This document shows positions 15,540 through 31,041 of a stretch of 64,000 nt of DNA, one piece after another (positions within the stretch are counted from its first letter, which is position 1; each line of letters begins with the position of its first letter). The translations under genes were made by a program, and so were the position numbers. The DNA comes from the human T2T-CHM13v2.0 reference genome, Homo sapiens, in NCBI RefSeq assembly GCF_009914755.1, contig NC_060940.1; one strand, given 5' to 3'. A model generated the notes under the pieces. It had not been told where the DNA came from and ran no database searches. It saw nothing but the letters and a program-made list of their open reading frames with translations.

Positions 15540-15690
15540 CAGCGGTGTACTACAGATGGCTTATGAGAGCTAACTGTTAAGTTTTCAGGAATCTTGAGAG
15601 CCAATTGCTAGCCATGGTAGGAGTATTGACAACATGGAAAGTGTCAAACACAACAAATCAGGGCTTTTTGCTTTGTTGAGTATCCCACTG
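15540..15690. mobile_element. MER63-like hAT MITE
   Basis: CAGCGGTG...CCACTG termini and GGAGTATTGACAACATGGAAA..ACAAATCAGGGCTTTT internal motif. Confidence 0.6.
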
Positions 15691-16248
15691 GAAAGTGTTT
15701 GTATATTAATTCATTCCTTCAAGGCTGTGTTAAATGCTACCTCCTTTTTAAAGCTTTCTGTGACCCACCCAGGTAGTCTTAACCTCTCTCCCCTAAACTC
15801 CCAGTAATACTGTATTTTGAACTCCTTTTAGGAGATGCATCATTTTCAACCACAAAGCATGGAGGTTCATTCCCATTCACATACTTTATATTCTTTCTGG
15901 TATATCAGTTTATTGGGTATTGGATTGCTATATGATTTTTTAAAAACATCCTGTAGTTAGCATGATGCCCAGCAGGTTTGGCAGGCAGAAAATATTTTGC
16001 AAATTAAGTCGATAAAACATTAGCACAACAGTGATCCAAGACTTTACTTAAGCTCAATTATACCATTGCTGTCATTAAAATCTGAGTTGTCATTCTACCA
16101 GTGGAAGCCATGGCAGCATCAGGATGTTGATACGACATGTCATCCAAGAAAGGCGGGAGTAGGTGTGAAGAGGAGGCTCTCAGCCCCTGTACTTTAGCTT
16201 CTGTGGAGATAAACTCCTTATCTTTTAAAGGCTGGTCACTTGCTCTAG

Positions 16249-16588
16249 TTTTTTGTTTGTTTGTTTATTTTTGTTTGTTTTCTTTTTTGAGAGAGAACCT
16301 TGCTCTGTCGCACAGGCTGGAGTGCAGTGGCATGATCTTGGCTCACTGCAACCTCCGCCTCCTGGGTTCAAGCGATTCTCCTGTCTCCAAGCGATTCTCC
16401 TGTCTCAGCCTCCCAAGTAGCTGGGATTACAGGTGAACGCCACCATGCCTGGTTAATTTTTGTATTTTTGTAGAGAAGGGGTTTCACAATGTTGGCCAGG
16501 CTGGCCTAGATCTCCTGACCTCAAGTAATCCACCCCCCTTGGCCTCCCAAAGTGCTGGGATTACAGGCATGAGCCACCGCGCCTGGCC
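16249..16588 (-). mobile_element. AluSx/Sz-like with internal 19-bp tandem duplication
   Basis: (TTTG)n tail; CAAGCGATTCTCCTGTCTC present twice at 16369-16406. Confidence 0.95.
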
Positions 16589-18304
16589 TCTAATTCTTTA
16601 GTTATAAAATTGCTCTCACTAGGGAAGAGGGCAGAAGAGGATATGCCGTCTTGTGCTTTCAAAACATCAATTATTTCAGGAAGTACAGAATATAATGAGA
16701 GTAAACATTTTGGCGAGATAGGACAGCTGTCTGCATGTTTAAAGAAAGGAGAAGGATTCAGAGAAGAGTGAATGATTAAAATTTTGGTGAGTCATTCCTT
16801 CAGTCATTCACTGAACTAACATGTTATTGGGTGAATAATACATGCTAGACATTCTTTCAGGGACTGGGGATACAAAGATAAATAAGAAGTTATGCATCCC
16901 TTTGGAAATCAAAGACTATTAGAAGAAGTCGAAGGTGGAGGAAATATATTTAGGAAGAGATTTCATCAAGATTATGGGAAATTTAAGAATGGTAAATTAA
17001 AAGACCAACAGAAAAACAGTTTTAAAGTGAAATGTGTTATGTCTAATGGAGAAATAGACAAAAAACTTTTTTGTATAATTAGAGTTGAGACAGAGAGAGA
17101 GAAGGGGTGGCGGGAGAGAGAGAGAAAATGACTATGGGTTTGAATAAATCCCTTATTCCTCTTGCCCAAATTTAGACTTCCAAAGGTATATGTAGATGCT
17201 ATCTATACCCAGTGGAGCCATTAGTGCTGAAGAGCTCAGCTGCATGGCTAGTAATTAGGAAGAGGCAATGAGGAAACCTGTTTCCCTGAGGTCTTCACCC
17301 TACTTCACTCCCACAACTTCAATCTGCCCAGTTGTGCCATGGAGACAGCTACAGCAATTCCATTCCGATAGTGGCACAAAATAAATCACTGGAAACCGTT
17401 TTGCACTTGCCCAGAGACTTTCAAGAGAGAATCTCAAAGTGGATCTGGGCTGCTGTGTGCCACAAAGAGGACCAACATTTCTCTTTGGCTTTAAAGGATG
17501 TCCCATTGTGAGAATGAACTTTGGGTTTTATCTCTCCCTTTGAAATAGAATACATCAGAGTGAGACATCTAAAGGCAAAGACACAATGATCCCCAATCCA
17601 AAGCCAAGTTCAAAAACACAGAGATGAGTTGTGTTATTATGAAATTGTATTTGCTGGCTGAGATGGGGGACAAAGAAAGATTAAGTTGCTAACAGAAAAT
17701 GGGTCTTGAAATTCCTATTAGTCTCGTGCCCCAGGGCACAAACTTTTTCAGCTAGACAGTTACTTTTTAGAAGTATGGGAGCAATGGCACGGGTGGCGCT
17801 TGAGGCTTCCCTTTCCTCTCATTCTGAAATGTACAGAATTATTAATGTGAGATTTATTAATGATTGGATGATGGATGAGGAAAATTAGTTTTAGAAAGTT
17901 GTTAGCATTGAGAATTGTTTCCTTTAGGAGGCCCAAGTTCATACTATGAGGGGTGCCTCAAGTGTTAGGTTTTATAAGTACAGCAATAACTTTCCGCATA
18001 CCAACTTCTTAAAGCATATATCTAAGTAAGATATACCTACCTAATTGTAACTGTGCTTTAAACCTGACATTTCAGTTAGATTATATATACATCAATCATG
18101 TTAAAGGATAAATGCTTTCTAGCCCAGCTGGATTTCAGTACAGAGAAAAGCATTTCAAATTCATTCATTCATTTTTTTCTGCTTGTCATCTATTACCCTG
18201 TCTACTTTTTGTTATAGTAATACTAAAACAGTTTTTTTTTTTTAAATTCATTCTACATTCAACACGTATTTACTGAGTATCTACCATGGGACAGGTAAAT
18301 TTTT

Positions 18305-20018
<1,714 letters not shown>

Positions 20019-20041
20019 GGTAAATTTTTGATTTCTGGATC

Positions 20042-20145
20042 TGAAGAAGCACAGGAAACTTTACCCCAAAACATGGCTCCTTTGTATAATAAGATTTTGA
20101 ATTAAGGCCCTTAGAGATCAAAATATGCTGGAAGAGATTTTTCCT
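20042..20145 (+). mobile_element. ERV1 LTR 5' fragment (MER34-like)
   Basis: GGAAACTTTACCCCAAAACATGGCTCC..TTTGAATTAAGGCCCTTAGAGATCA resembles a MER34-family start. Confidence 0.45.
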
Positions 20146-20444
20146 CTGGAGTTACCATTATTGTTTGTACTGGACACTGGGTAACTATTACGTCACCATC
20201 ATCCTGGGTAACTGGAGTAACTATTACTGTTTGTACTGGACACTGACTCTCTAGGGCTCATCTTCCTTGTTGGTAACCAAATTCACATCTTGCAGGATTG
20301 TCTTAAAGATTAAAATATGCAAAGTCAATTACTAGGTACCTGACACATAATTATTGAATGCCTACCATAATTATTATTATTACACCGACGTAATTACTTA
20401 ATAAATAACATTTTCGTGGAGCTTCTGAAGAGAAACATTGTCTC

Positions 20445-20955
20445 TTTTTTTTTTCCAGCTTTCATTTTAGAATCTAGGGGGACATGTACAGGTTTGTTAC
20501 CTGAGTATATTGTGTGATGCTGAAGTTTGGAATATGAATGATCCCATCACTCAGGTACTGAGCGTAGTACCCAAAAGTTAGTTTTTCAGCTCTTGCCCTC
20601 TCCCTTCCTCCCTCCTCTCTTTAGCAGTCCCCAGTTGCTATTGTTACCTTCTTCATGTCCATGAGTACCCAGTGTTTAGCTCCCATTTATAAATGAAAAC
20701 ATGTGGTATTTGGTGTTCTGTTCCCGCATTAATTTGCTTAGGACAGTGACCTCCAGTTGGACCCATGTTGCTGCCAAGGACATGATTTTGTTCCTTTTTA
20801 TGGCTGCACAGTATCCCATGATGCATATGTACAATATTTTCTTTATCCAATCCACCACTGATGAGCACCTAGGTTGACCCCATGTCCTTGCTGTTGGGAA
20901 TAGTGCTGTGATGAACACGTGAGTGCATGTGTCTTCTTGGTAGGACAGTTTGTTT
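20445..20955 (-). mobile_element. L1 3' end (L1PA16/17-like)
   Basis: GGACATGTACAGGTTTGTTAC..CAGGTACTGAGCGTAGTACCC; TSD ACATTGTCT on both sides. Confidence 0.9.
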
Positions 20956-22759
20956 GAGAGACATTGTCTTAAAGGTAAAATTATTGTGTCATATCAGGGA
21001 AGTGAAAAAATCTATATTTTATATCTTTTCTCTGAGTCTGTACACTCAAGATGCGATCTTCAATTTTGTTCTACTAATTGCTTTCATCTGAAGCTGCGGG
21101 AGAGTTTACAACTCTTTCTCATCTCACATTGAGAGTGAAAAGGCATGCTTTCAGAGATGAATGAAGTCCAAGTTAAGTATGAATGAGAGAAGCTAAGGAA
21201 GTTCCCTTCTGGCACCATTTCAGAGATTTATAATTTTTGAAACCATGATGATGCAAGGAACAGCATAGAAAGTCATTTCTTTCCCCTTTGTCCAGTCTAA
21301 ATGCAAATTTGAACTTTTAAGGCAGTTTGTTTGCATGTTAATGCCTATAATCTGTCGCCCTGGAGATTGCTCTAGATTTCCTAAATTAGGTTGGTGGCTG
21401 GCTTAAAGAAGAGGTCATTTCATTACATAGGCTCTATTTCAGAAACACAATACTTGGAAGTGGAAATCCACAGAAGCTTCATTTTATCCCAGGGATGACA
21501 GCCTTGCCAGGGCAGGAGAGGAGGGTCAAGGGCCAGCAGCTGGTCAGAAGTAGCCTCCTGCATGTTTTCCTGAAGATGGAAAAATACAATGAAAGAAAAA
21601 AGGCTAAGAGTATACCGTGGTCTAATTAGCATTTGCTTCTTGTAGCCCTCGAAATGTCAGTCACCAGTTGGTAGCAAAATAAAGATGTAATGTTAGTGAT
21701 AATGAATTAAATTGTGGCCATTTGCATTGGAATGCCATGATAATGATCTGAAATTACCATTGTATATATTCCCCTTGACAGTTCAAAATTGGACTCCAAG
21801 CTAATAGTATTTTGGATGAACTTTAAACCAATGAAAATGCTGTGAGTGTATACACTCCTTTTGGCAAGCTAAGCCATGTGGATTTCAGAAAGTTAATTTA
21901 CCTCTGCTTTGTTCAAGCTGTTTGGTAATTGATGAACATACCATAAAAGTTTTAATGAATAACCACAGGGACCATTTAAATTATTTACTAGGTAAAAGTG
22001 AAATGCATTTGATTACCCTCCCTAATCTGGCTTTCCAAATGAAGCCACCCCAGAATAAATACTGTCTTTTTTTTTTTTTTTTTTTAGTGCAATCTCTGTT
22101 GCACAAAACATCGCAGGCAAATATTTTCAGAAATTCTGAATGAAGGAGTTGCATTTTCTCCCATTAGCTGCAATTTATAGTTCTACTGCAAGCATTAGAT
22201 ATTGCTTAGGGAGAAGTTATGCCTATGTGCATAAGGACTGGAGGCTCTGTTGCAGTGGGGTTATGTAGCAACCCACAGAATCAGCACATATCTTCACAGC
22301 ATCTGTTGTGTGAATAACTCTCCAGCAACATTCCATTATTGTGAAGCAGTTAAAATAAGAGCCACTTTTTTTTTCCTTTCTGGCCTTCCGGCATCTAATT
22401 ACACTATAGCATCCTTTCATAAGTAGAATCTTATTATGAGATAAATGCCCACATGTATCTTAGTTTCCCATTAAATTGTGTTCCTTGGCATGTCTTTGTA
22501 GAGTGTTTTTAATAGCTTAGCCTACACGCAAACAAAGAAGGTTGCCTTGCAATTAGTGGCAGAGTCAAAAGACATGCTCATTCCCATTCATACCACCTCA
22601 GCAGGAGCTCTTACAGACAGGGGTGAGATTTCCAGCCTTATCACCTACTAGCTGTGCCTTTTGGGGAACATTAATTCAGCTCCCCATGCCCCAGTTTCCT
22701 CATCTGGAATTATGAACTGACATTAAAAGTCTGTTATAAGGTGAAATGACATAATTTAC

Positions 22760-23099
22760 TGTATTGGTCTGTTCTCACGCTGCTCATAAAGACATACCTG
22801 AGACTGGGTAATTTATAAAAGACTCACAGTTCCACATGGCTGGGGAGACCTCATAATCATGGCGGAAGGAAAATGAGGAGAAAAGTCATGTCTTACTTGG
22901 CAGCAGACAAGAGAGCTTGTGCAGGGAAACTCACATTTATAAAACCATCAGATCTCATGAGGCTTATTTACTACCATGAGAACAGCATGAGGGAAACCAC
23001 CCCCATGATTCAATTATCTCTACCTGGTCCCATCCTTGACATGTGGGGATTATTACATGTCAAGTGAGATTTGGGTGGGGACACAGCTAAACCATATCA
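22760..23099 (-). mobile_element. THE1 (MaLR) solo LTR inserted in a MIR
   Basis: TGTATTGGTCTGTTCTCACGCTGC...GGGTGGGGACACAGCTAAACCATATCA. Confidence 0.93.
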
Positions 23100-23129
23100 A
23101 CTTGTGAAACCTGTGATCAAGCACCCAGA

Positions 23130-23287
23130 GCAGTGGTTGGTTCTTATCTGGAGGGCCTCGCTAAACAGATTCTGGATCCCAACCCCAGAGGTTCTGATAA
23201 GTAGGTCTGGGGTAGGATTCAAGAATTTGCATTTCTAAAAAGATCTCAGGTGATGCTAGTCCAGGAACTGCACTTTGAGAACTGCTA
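23130..23287. mobile_element. MER5A-like hAT MITE
   Basis: CCCCAGAGGTTCTGAT..GTAGGTCTGGGGT..AGAATTTGCATTTCTAA..CACTTTGAGAACTGCT. Confidence 0.75.
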
Positions 23288-23864
23288 ACTTAGAAAAGAT
23301 ACTTGAGAACCAATAAAATTGAGCTGTGAGTTTTCAAAACTCTAGAAATACATATACACATTGTTGTATAGTTGGCCAAACAGCAGAAACTAAAGCCAGA
23401 CTGCTTTGATGTGATCCCAGCTCTGCCATTCATTTTTTATGTGTTCTTGGGTGAGTTTTAAACTCCTTAAACATCTGTTTTCTTATCTATGAAATTGGCA
23501 TAGTAATAGTGTATTCCAAAGTGCTTAGGCACAAAGAAGGCATCCAGATATTTCCAGCTATCATTATTAGTCTCTACTTCTACCCCATCCTATGCCCTTT
23601 CTCCCCCTATCAGATCCTCACTATGGTCCTGGTTTTGAAAACTGTCATGTCACATTAGAGGCATTTCTGTGTTTTGATACATACCTCAAAATGCAGCTCT
23701 TCCTGAGAGTGATGACAGGGTAGGCATTACATAAATTTACATTAAGAAATAGTTATTCCAAATAACTTAGCCTCTTTACATATGGAAGCAGAAGTCCTGA
23801 AGAAATAGGTTTTGAGGATGTAACTGGATGTACCAGGCCAAACAAAGTTATCAATTTATGGTGG

Positions 23865-24454
23865 TGAAACTGGCCCAGTGCTCCCATAAACTGTTCTTTT
23901 GGATAAACATAGACATTTACCTTTCTTTGTATTTGTTGTATCTGAGTCCCTTCCTCAGGAAAGGACCTTTAGGCCTCTCAAAAAAAGTATCAAAGAACTG
24001 AAACTCACCAGACCACTGAAACTCACCAGACCACTGAAACTCACCAGACCACTAAAACTCACCAGATCACCGAAACTCACCAGACCACTGAAACTCACCG
24101 GACCACTAAAACTCACCAGATCACCAAAACTCACCTGACCACTGAAACTCACCGGACCACTAAAACTCACCAGATCACCAAAACTCACCTGACCACTGAA
24201 ACTCACCGGACCACTAAAACTCACCAGACCACTGAACCTCAACAGATCACAGGGGCAGATGCCTCCTTGCTCCTCCCTAGTTCCTGTTTTCTTACAAATT
24301 GCTATATAAACTCCTGGTTTTAGTTAATCAGGGAGATGGATTTGAGGCTTAGCTCCCATCTCATCAGCTGTAGCACCTGATTAAAGCCCTCTTCCTTGGC
24401 AATAGTTGTTGTCTCAGTCTTTGGCTTTCTGTGAGGCAAGCAGCAGGATCGACA
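23865..24454 (+). mobile_element. ERV1 solo LTR (MER83/MER84-like) containing an expanded VNTR
   Basis: TGAAACTGGCCC...GACA termini, TATATAAA and ATTAAA signals, 4-bp TSD GTGG at 23861-23864 and 24455-24458. Confidence 0.8.
23997..24248. repeat. 18-bp minisatellite (ACTGAAACTCACCAGACC) x14
   Basis: 14 consecutive units parsed by hand, with variant units in 54-bp periodicity. Confidence 0.97.
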
Positions 24455-24752
24455 GTGGGAATTTAGGTAGTGGGGTGGTCAACATAAATAACTGAGACTG
24501 ACTCGTGTGTGTGCAAAGGGGCATCAAAATTCAACTTCTGCACTTTTGTGTCTTGGTCTAACCCTATTCACAAATAAGGATTCTGAAATCAAGATGGACT
24601 TGGAATAAGGATGAGATATAGCTGCTCCCAACCTTTTACATGTAAATAAATTGCAATTATTAAAATAACATGTAATTGAGGAAAATAAAGAAAAGATAGA
24701 AGAAGAAAATGAAAGCTGTTCTTGTTTTTATCTTCCATGGGAAACCATGTTA

Positions 24753-25085
<333 letters not shown>

Positions 25086-25552
25086 TTATATTTCTTGAAT
25101 TTTTCTAGGAAGACACACATACATAAAAACACATTCATCTATCAGCTAATCAAAATGATAATTTTATCCACTCTGCTTTTAATATGCTTTTTTCCTTATC
25201 AATAATATGGACAGCTTTCTATATGAAAAATAACATTATTTTAATGTCTATAAAGAATTCCATTATGTGGCTGTATCATAATTGACTTACTAAATCTATG
25301 AACTGCACTGTGATTAATACCTTGGAAATATATGTCAGCGGCAGTGAATCCCTGCAGGTCTGCAGCAACCTCAATTCTTGCTTCCTCAGAAGAAAGAATG
25401 AGAGGGAGGGGCATAAGGCAAAGTGAGAAACTGAGGCAAGTTTTACAGCAGGGTGAAAGTTTATTAAAAAGCTTTAGAACAGGAATGAAAGGAAGTAAAC
25501 TACATTTACAAGAGTGCCAAGTGGGCGACTTGAGAGATCAAGTGCGTGGTTT

Positions 25553-26329
25553 TGTGTCCAGAATTGGTGGGTTCTTGGTCTCGCTGACTTCAAGAATGAA
25601 GCCACTGACCCGCGCGGTGAGTGTTACAGTTCTTAAAGATGGTGTGTCCGGAGTTTGTTCCTTCTGATGTTTGGACGTGTCCAGAGTTTCTTCCTTCTGG
25701 TGGGTTCGTGGTCTCACTGTCTTCAGGAGTGAGGCTGCAGACCTTTGCAGTGAGTGTTACAGTTCATAACGGCGGTGCGTCCGGAGTTCTTCATTCCTCC
25801 TGGTGGGCTCGTGGTCTCGCTGACTTCAGGAGTGAAGCTGCAGACCTTCACGGTGAGTGTTACAGCTCTTAAAGGTGGTGCGTCTAGAGTTCGTTCCTCC
25901 TGGTGGATTCATGGTCTCACTGACTTCAGGAGTGAAGCTGCAGACCTTCCTGGTGAGTGTTACAGCTCATAAAGGCAGCGTGGACCAAAAGGGTGAGCAG
26001 CAGCAAGATTTATTGTGAAGAGCGAAAGAACAAAAACTACACAGGACGGAAGAGGACCCGAGTGGGTTACTGCTGCAGGCGAGGGTGGCCTGCTTTTATT
26101 CCCTTATTTGGCCCCATCCACATCCTGCTGATTGGTCCATTTTACAGAGAGCTGGTTGGTCCATTTTACAGAGTGCTGATTGGTCAGTTTTACAGAGTGC
26201 TGATTGGTACATTTATAAACCTTTAGCTAGACACAGAGTGCTGATTGGTGCATTTACAATCCTTTAGCTAGACAGAAACGTTCTCCAAGTCCCCACCCAA
26301 CCCAGAAGCCCAGCCAGCTTAACCTCTCA
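25553..26329 (-). mobile_element. LTR12 (HERV9) solo LTR
   Basis: TGTGTCCAGAATTGGTGGGTTCTTGG...AACCTCTCA termini, CTGATTGG repeats, 4-bp TSD GTTT at 25549-25552 and 26330-26333. Confidence 0.95.
26065..26260 (-). promoter_or_regulatory. LTR12 U3 promoter: four CCAAT (NF-Y) boxes and AATAAAA TATA-like element, firing leftward
   Basis: CTGATTGG at about 26128, 26176, 26200 and 26241; TTTTATT at 26094-26100; activity not shown. Confidence 0.6.
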
Positions 26330-27119
26330 GTTTGACCCTTGACTTAGGGTTTTATATGTTGGTGTACTTCTGAGGTCTTGCATCCCATCTACCCTGATTC
26401 TTCCCTTGGAGTGGGTTGTCTGCATGTGCAGTGGTCTGCTGGCATTTGGGAGGGGCCCCACGCAGACTGTGTTTACTGGAGTTGTATGCATGATCACTTG
26501 AGGCATTCTTCCCTTGCCAGTTGAATGTTCCCAGAGGAAGGTCATATACCAGTTAAACTTGGCCATTTTACCTCTCAATTCCCATGCTTCAGCCCACTTG
26601 CCCAACTCCTGAGATCTTACTGGGAAGCTGCTTATCACCAGTTTCAGGTTTTGTCTATCTACTTGGAGACTGCCTTTCCCTGGCTCTGGCTGCCACCAAT
26701 TATTATTTTAGAGAAACAGTGTAGCAACTGCCTGACCATCACCTGATGGTCACCTGACATTCCTGGTGGGGTGAGGGGAGCCCTCTCCTGCCCTGCTCAT
26801 GCCTGACCTTCTGTAAAACATATATATCTTTGTAACTTTTTAAAACAAATTATGTATGATGACTTATAAAAAGTTGAATCAAATACTATGCCAATTTTAG
26901 GGTTTTTGAGTAGTGAGTTAGTTACATAGAGTAGGAGAAAAACTTATTTTATTGTAATATTTTTGCTAACTACTGGACTTTCAGTCATTTCATATAAATG
27001 AATTCCTGAAGTGAATCAGGCCTTTGATTATAGCAATGAACAAGTAGAGACTAAGTTTGTTCAACATAGTCCAAAAGTTATAACTGGGGGTACAATGGAC
27101 AGGAAAATACTTTGTTCAG

Positions 27120-27292
27120 ATCTGCTTATGTTATCATGGCTATGCATTAGACTCACCCAGAAAGCTTTTAAAAAATACAAATGCCAAGCACTCGCCCGAG
27201 CTCTACTTCAGTTTATGCTGGGTTCTGAGTATCAGGTGTTTTCAAAACTCTTCAGTTGATTCTGGTGAGCAGCCAGGTTTGAGAACTGCTAA
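27120..27292. mobile_element. MER5-like hAT MITE
   Basis: CATTAGACTCACC..AAAAATACAAATGCC..GATTCTGGTGAGCAGCCAGGTTTGAGAACTGCT. Confidence 0.65.
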
Positions 27293-27408
27293 GCTAAGAG
27301 CCTCCTTTCTCATCTGCTACTAAGCAGCAGCCATTCTTACCATTTGGAGGATGTTGTTATAGACAGTGAGCACCACTGCAAAATTACTGCTTCCTGCTGG
27401 TTTAACAT

Positions 27409-28039
27409 TGATGTAGGATTTTTCTTCTCAGTCACTTCACAAGCCAGGGACCCTCAGCCAGTGACACCCTGCCTGGTCCTCACTCGGCCATGCCGGTGTG
27501 CCCTAGCTCACCTGTGTTGTAGCTTGTACCCACGTTTGACAGTTCCAGAGCTCCTGTACTGAGCCTAAGAAAAATGAGGATATACTGGACATTAAAGGAT
27601 GAAGAGGGCAGAGAAGAATTTTATTGAGGGATAAAAACATCTTTCAGTGGAGAGGAAATGGGGAATTGGTGCCCCTACCTGAAGGTAGGAAAGTTCCCCC
27701 AAGTGGCTGGGTCTAGGGCCTTTTATGGACTCAGAATGGGGAGTGTGTGCTCATTGGTTTGTGAGTATGCCGAAAAGTTTAAAGCGAAGACATCACTCAA
27801 AGGTGGGCATGACAGTATAGCAAACTAATTAGTAAAGGGTAGGTATATGTAAAATAGGTGAAGGGTGGGGACCGATCAGAGAAAAGCATTCCAAATAGGA
27901 AGACAAGTTCTCAATCTGGTCCGAGGATTTAACTTGTAGCTCAGCCTTCAGGCTCCAAACTGTCTTCAGCTTGGAGGTGCGGTTTTACCAGGGGCCTTCC
28001 CCATCTGCCAAGGGATTTGGCTGCCTCCTGTCGCTATCA
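27409..28039 (-). mobile_element. ERV1 solo LTR (LTR27-like)
   Basis: TGATGTAGG...GGCTGCCTCCTGTCGCTATCA; TTTTATT poly(A) signal on the minus strand. Confidence 0.75.
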
Positions 28040-30020
28040 TCAAGACCTTGCCCACAAACTCCCAGTCCAACTAAACTTCAGTCAGGCTTTGTGTCCAATT
28101 CTCAACCTACCTGGGGAATATTTTGTAATTCTGAGGCAAGAACAAATAGCTTTATTTTCATTGTTTTGCAGAGTTAGTGAAGGTTTTTTTTGCATTTGAG
28201 ATGAAACTGAAAACCATCAGTATTGCCTTTCCAGCTGAAACTTCCTAAAATCTGAGGCATATGTGAAGGATCTCCAGTCTTTGGCTGTGATTTAAACACA
28301 CGCCCACACCCCCACCTCACACCCCTTTGACTTTTATATGGTTGGGTTGTGTCAGTGTATCACTGGGAGACTAAATGTCAAACAATCCTGAGAGACTGAC
28401 AGTCTGGTTTTTACAGTGTGTGGTAAATACTTGCTTTATGCAAATCAAAATATACTTCCAAAATACATTCCATTCATTGGAAGGACGTGCAAGACAAAAA
28501 AAAAAAAATGCATTCTAGAAGAGCAAATTGCTTGGATGGAAAAGAGGATTTCTATGAATCTCAATAACAATGAGCCGTGCAAACCTTCCTGTAGTGTTCT
28601 ACGGCCAGCCAGCAGGATCCTATCCATGCCATTTCCTGCAGTGTACTCAGAATCCCTGGTGTGTGGATGAACCTAATATTCCACATGTGCTACAGAATAA
28701 TTGAACTTGTTTTCCCTGGATGGAGATGTTAGGCTTTGAAAAATAGTAAAATGTGCTTGTCTTGAGCAGTGTTTGGGAAAAATAGGAATTTTCTTGTTAC
28801 TGTCTATTAAGCCTCTCAAGAAGCTTACAGAAAGGTTCTGGCTACAGGAATTTTCCTGAATTTATTCCATTATAAATGCATGTGATATTCAGAAAAATAA
28901 TCAGCAACAACAATAAAAATTGCGTTTTAATGTTGTTGCCCCATCTGAATAAACATTCCTGCCACTTGTTGGTAATATTTATTAAGAAATTGTTTTCTAG
29001 TCTCCAAATATAAAAGCATAGTCCCCCCTTATTTATAGGATTGTCAAAGCCAATCTGAATTCAATGCTTTTTATGTGCTAGATGCTGTGCTTGGCACTCT
29101 GTGTTGTATCTCATTTAATCTTACATCTGGATGCTACAGTACAGTTGTTTGTGAACGGTAGCCAGTTAAGTTCATTGACTCCTAGGTTAGTCTTGTACAC
29201 TGGGATAGAAGAAAAAGGAGAATATATCCTTAACCTTAGGGTCATATGGTGGAAGAATCTCTGATGGCTTCCAGTAACCAAGTTTACTTTATGGAAAAGA
29301 GGAATAATTGCTTTTTTCTAAAAGGTGGTACTATTCAGTGACCTGGTGAAAATTCCTAGGCTTCTGCTATTCTATCTCTTTTGGGTATAAATGACTCAAA
29401 TACTCATGTGTTCATTAATGATGGGTAAGACCTCAGATATTGGGCTTGCATTGCTGGAATGTGTTCAAACCGCTATGTACTGCCCACTCAACTGTTAATT
29501 CACTCTCAACATCTCTGATTCTCTGGTTCCATATTTGATTATGTGTGTTAGATCCAGGGCTTTATCTATGACAACTTACCTTAGGGCCTTCCTGAGACAT
29601 GGTCTCTGTGTCCTTTCAACTCAGTGATTTAATATGTATTTGTGTAACACTTGCTACATACCAGCACCCTGATAAGTCCTGTGGATATGAAAGTGGAAAG
29701 CAAACATCTTTGAACACAATGTTTATGTCCCATGGTAATTACCATTCTTGCTGGCCATCCCTATGGGAGATACCAGCCAGATTTACTTCCCTCCAAGGTC
29801 CCTGTCCATGAGATGATAAAAACGTGAGGAATTTTTATTTACATATCACTCTTCTGCCTCAACTAGAAAACATGTATTAAGTGTCTTCTATGTATCAGAT
29901 GTGGTTTTGGAAACCTTATATTAACTTTTCTCTGATTTAGGTTTACTGTGTATATTGCCTACCAAAGAAAGAAGTAGCAATGTTAACCATCAAGATAATA
30001 GGATGATTCATTTATGGCTG

Positions 30021-31041
<1,021 letters not shown>

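Larger units (their letters stand above)
25333..26820 (-). mobile_element. MER50-like ERV1 solo LTR split by LTR12
   Basis: GGTCTGCAGCAACCTCAATTCTTGC..GAGAGATCAAGTGCGTGGTTT resumes as GTTTGACCCTTGACTTAGGG..TGACCATCACCTGATGGTCA. Confidence 0.85.

Noticed and set aside
23997-24248. Regular short repeats suggesting a CRISPR-like array, or a repeat protein (LKLTRP)n / (VSFSGL)n
   Set aside because: Units are head-to-tail with no unique spacers and no cas genes. The ORFs are open only because the unit length is a multiple of 3, and the plus frame hits a stop in a variant unit.
26733-26752. Palindrome TGACCATCA-CC-TGATGGTCA
   Set aside because: Appears to be an intrinsic feature of the MER50 consensus, not locus-specific.
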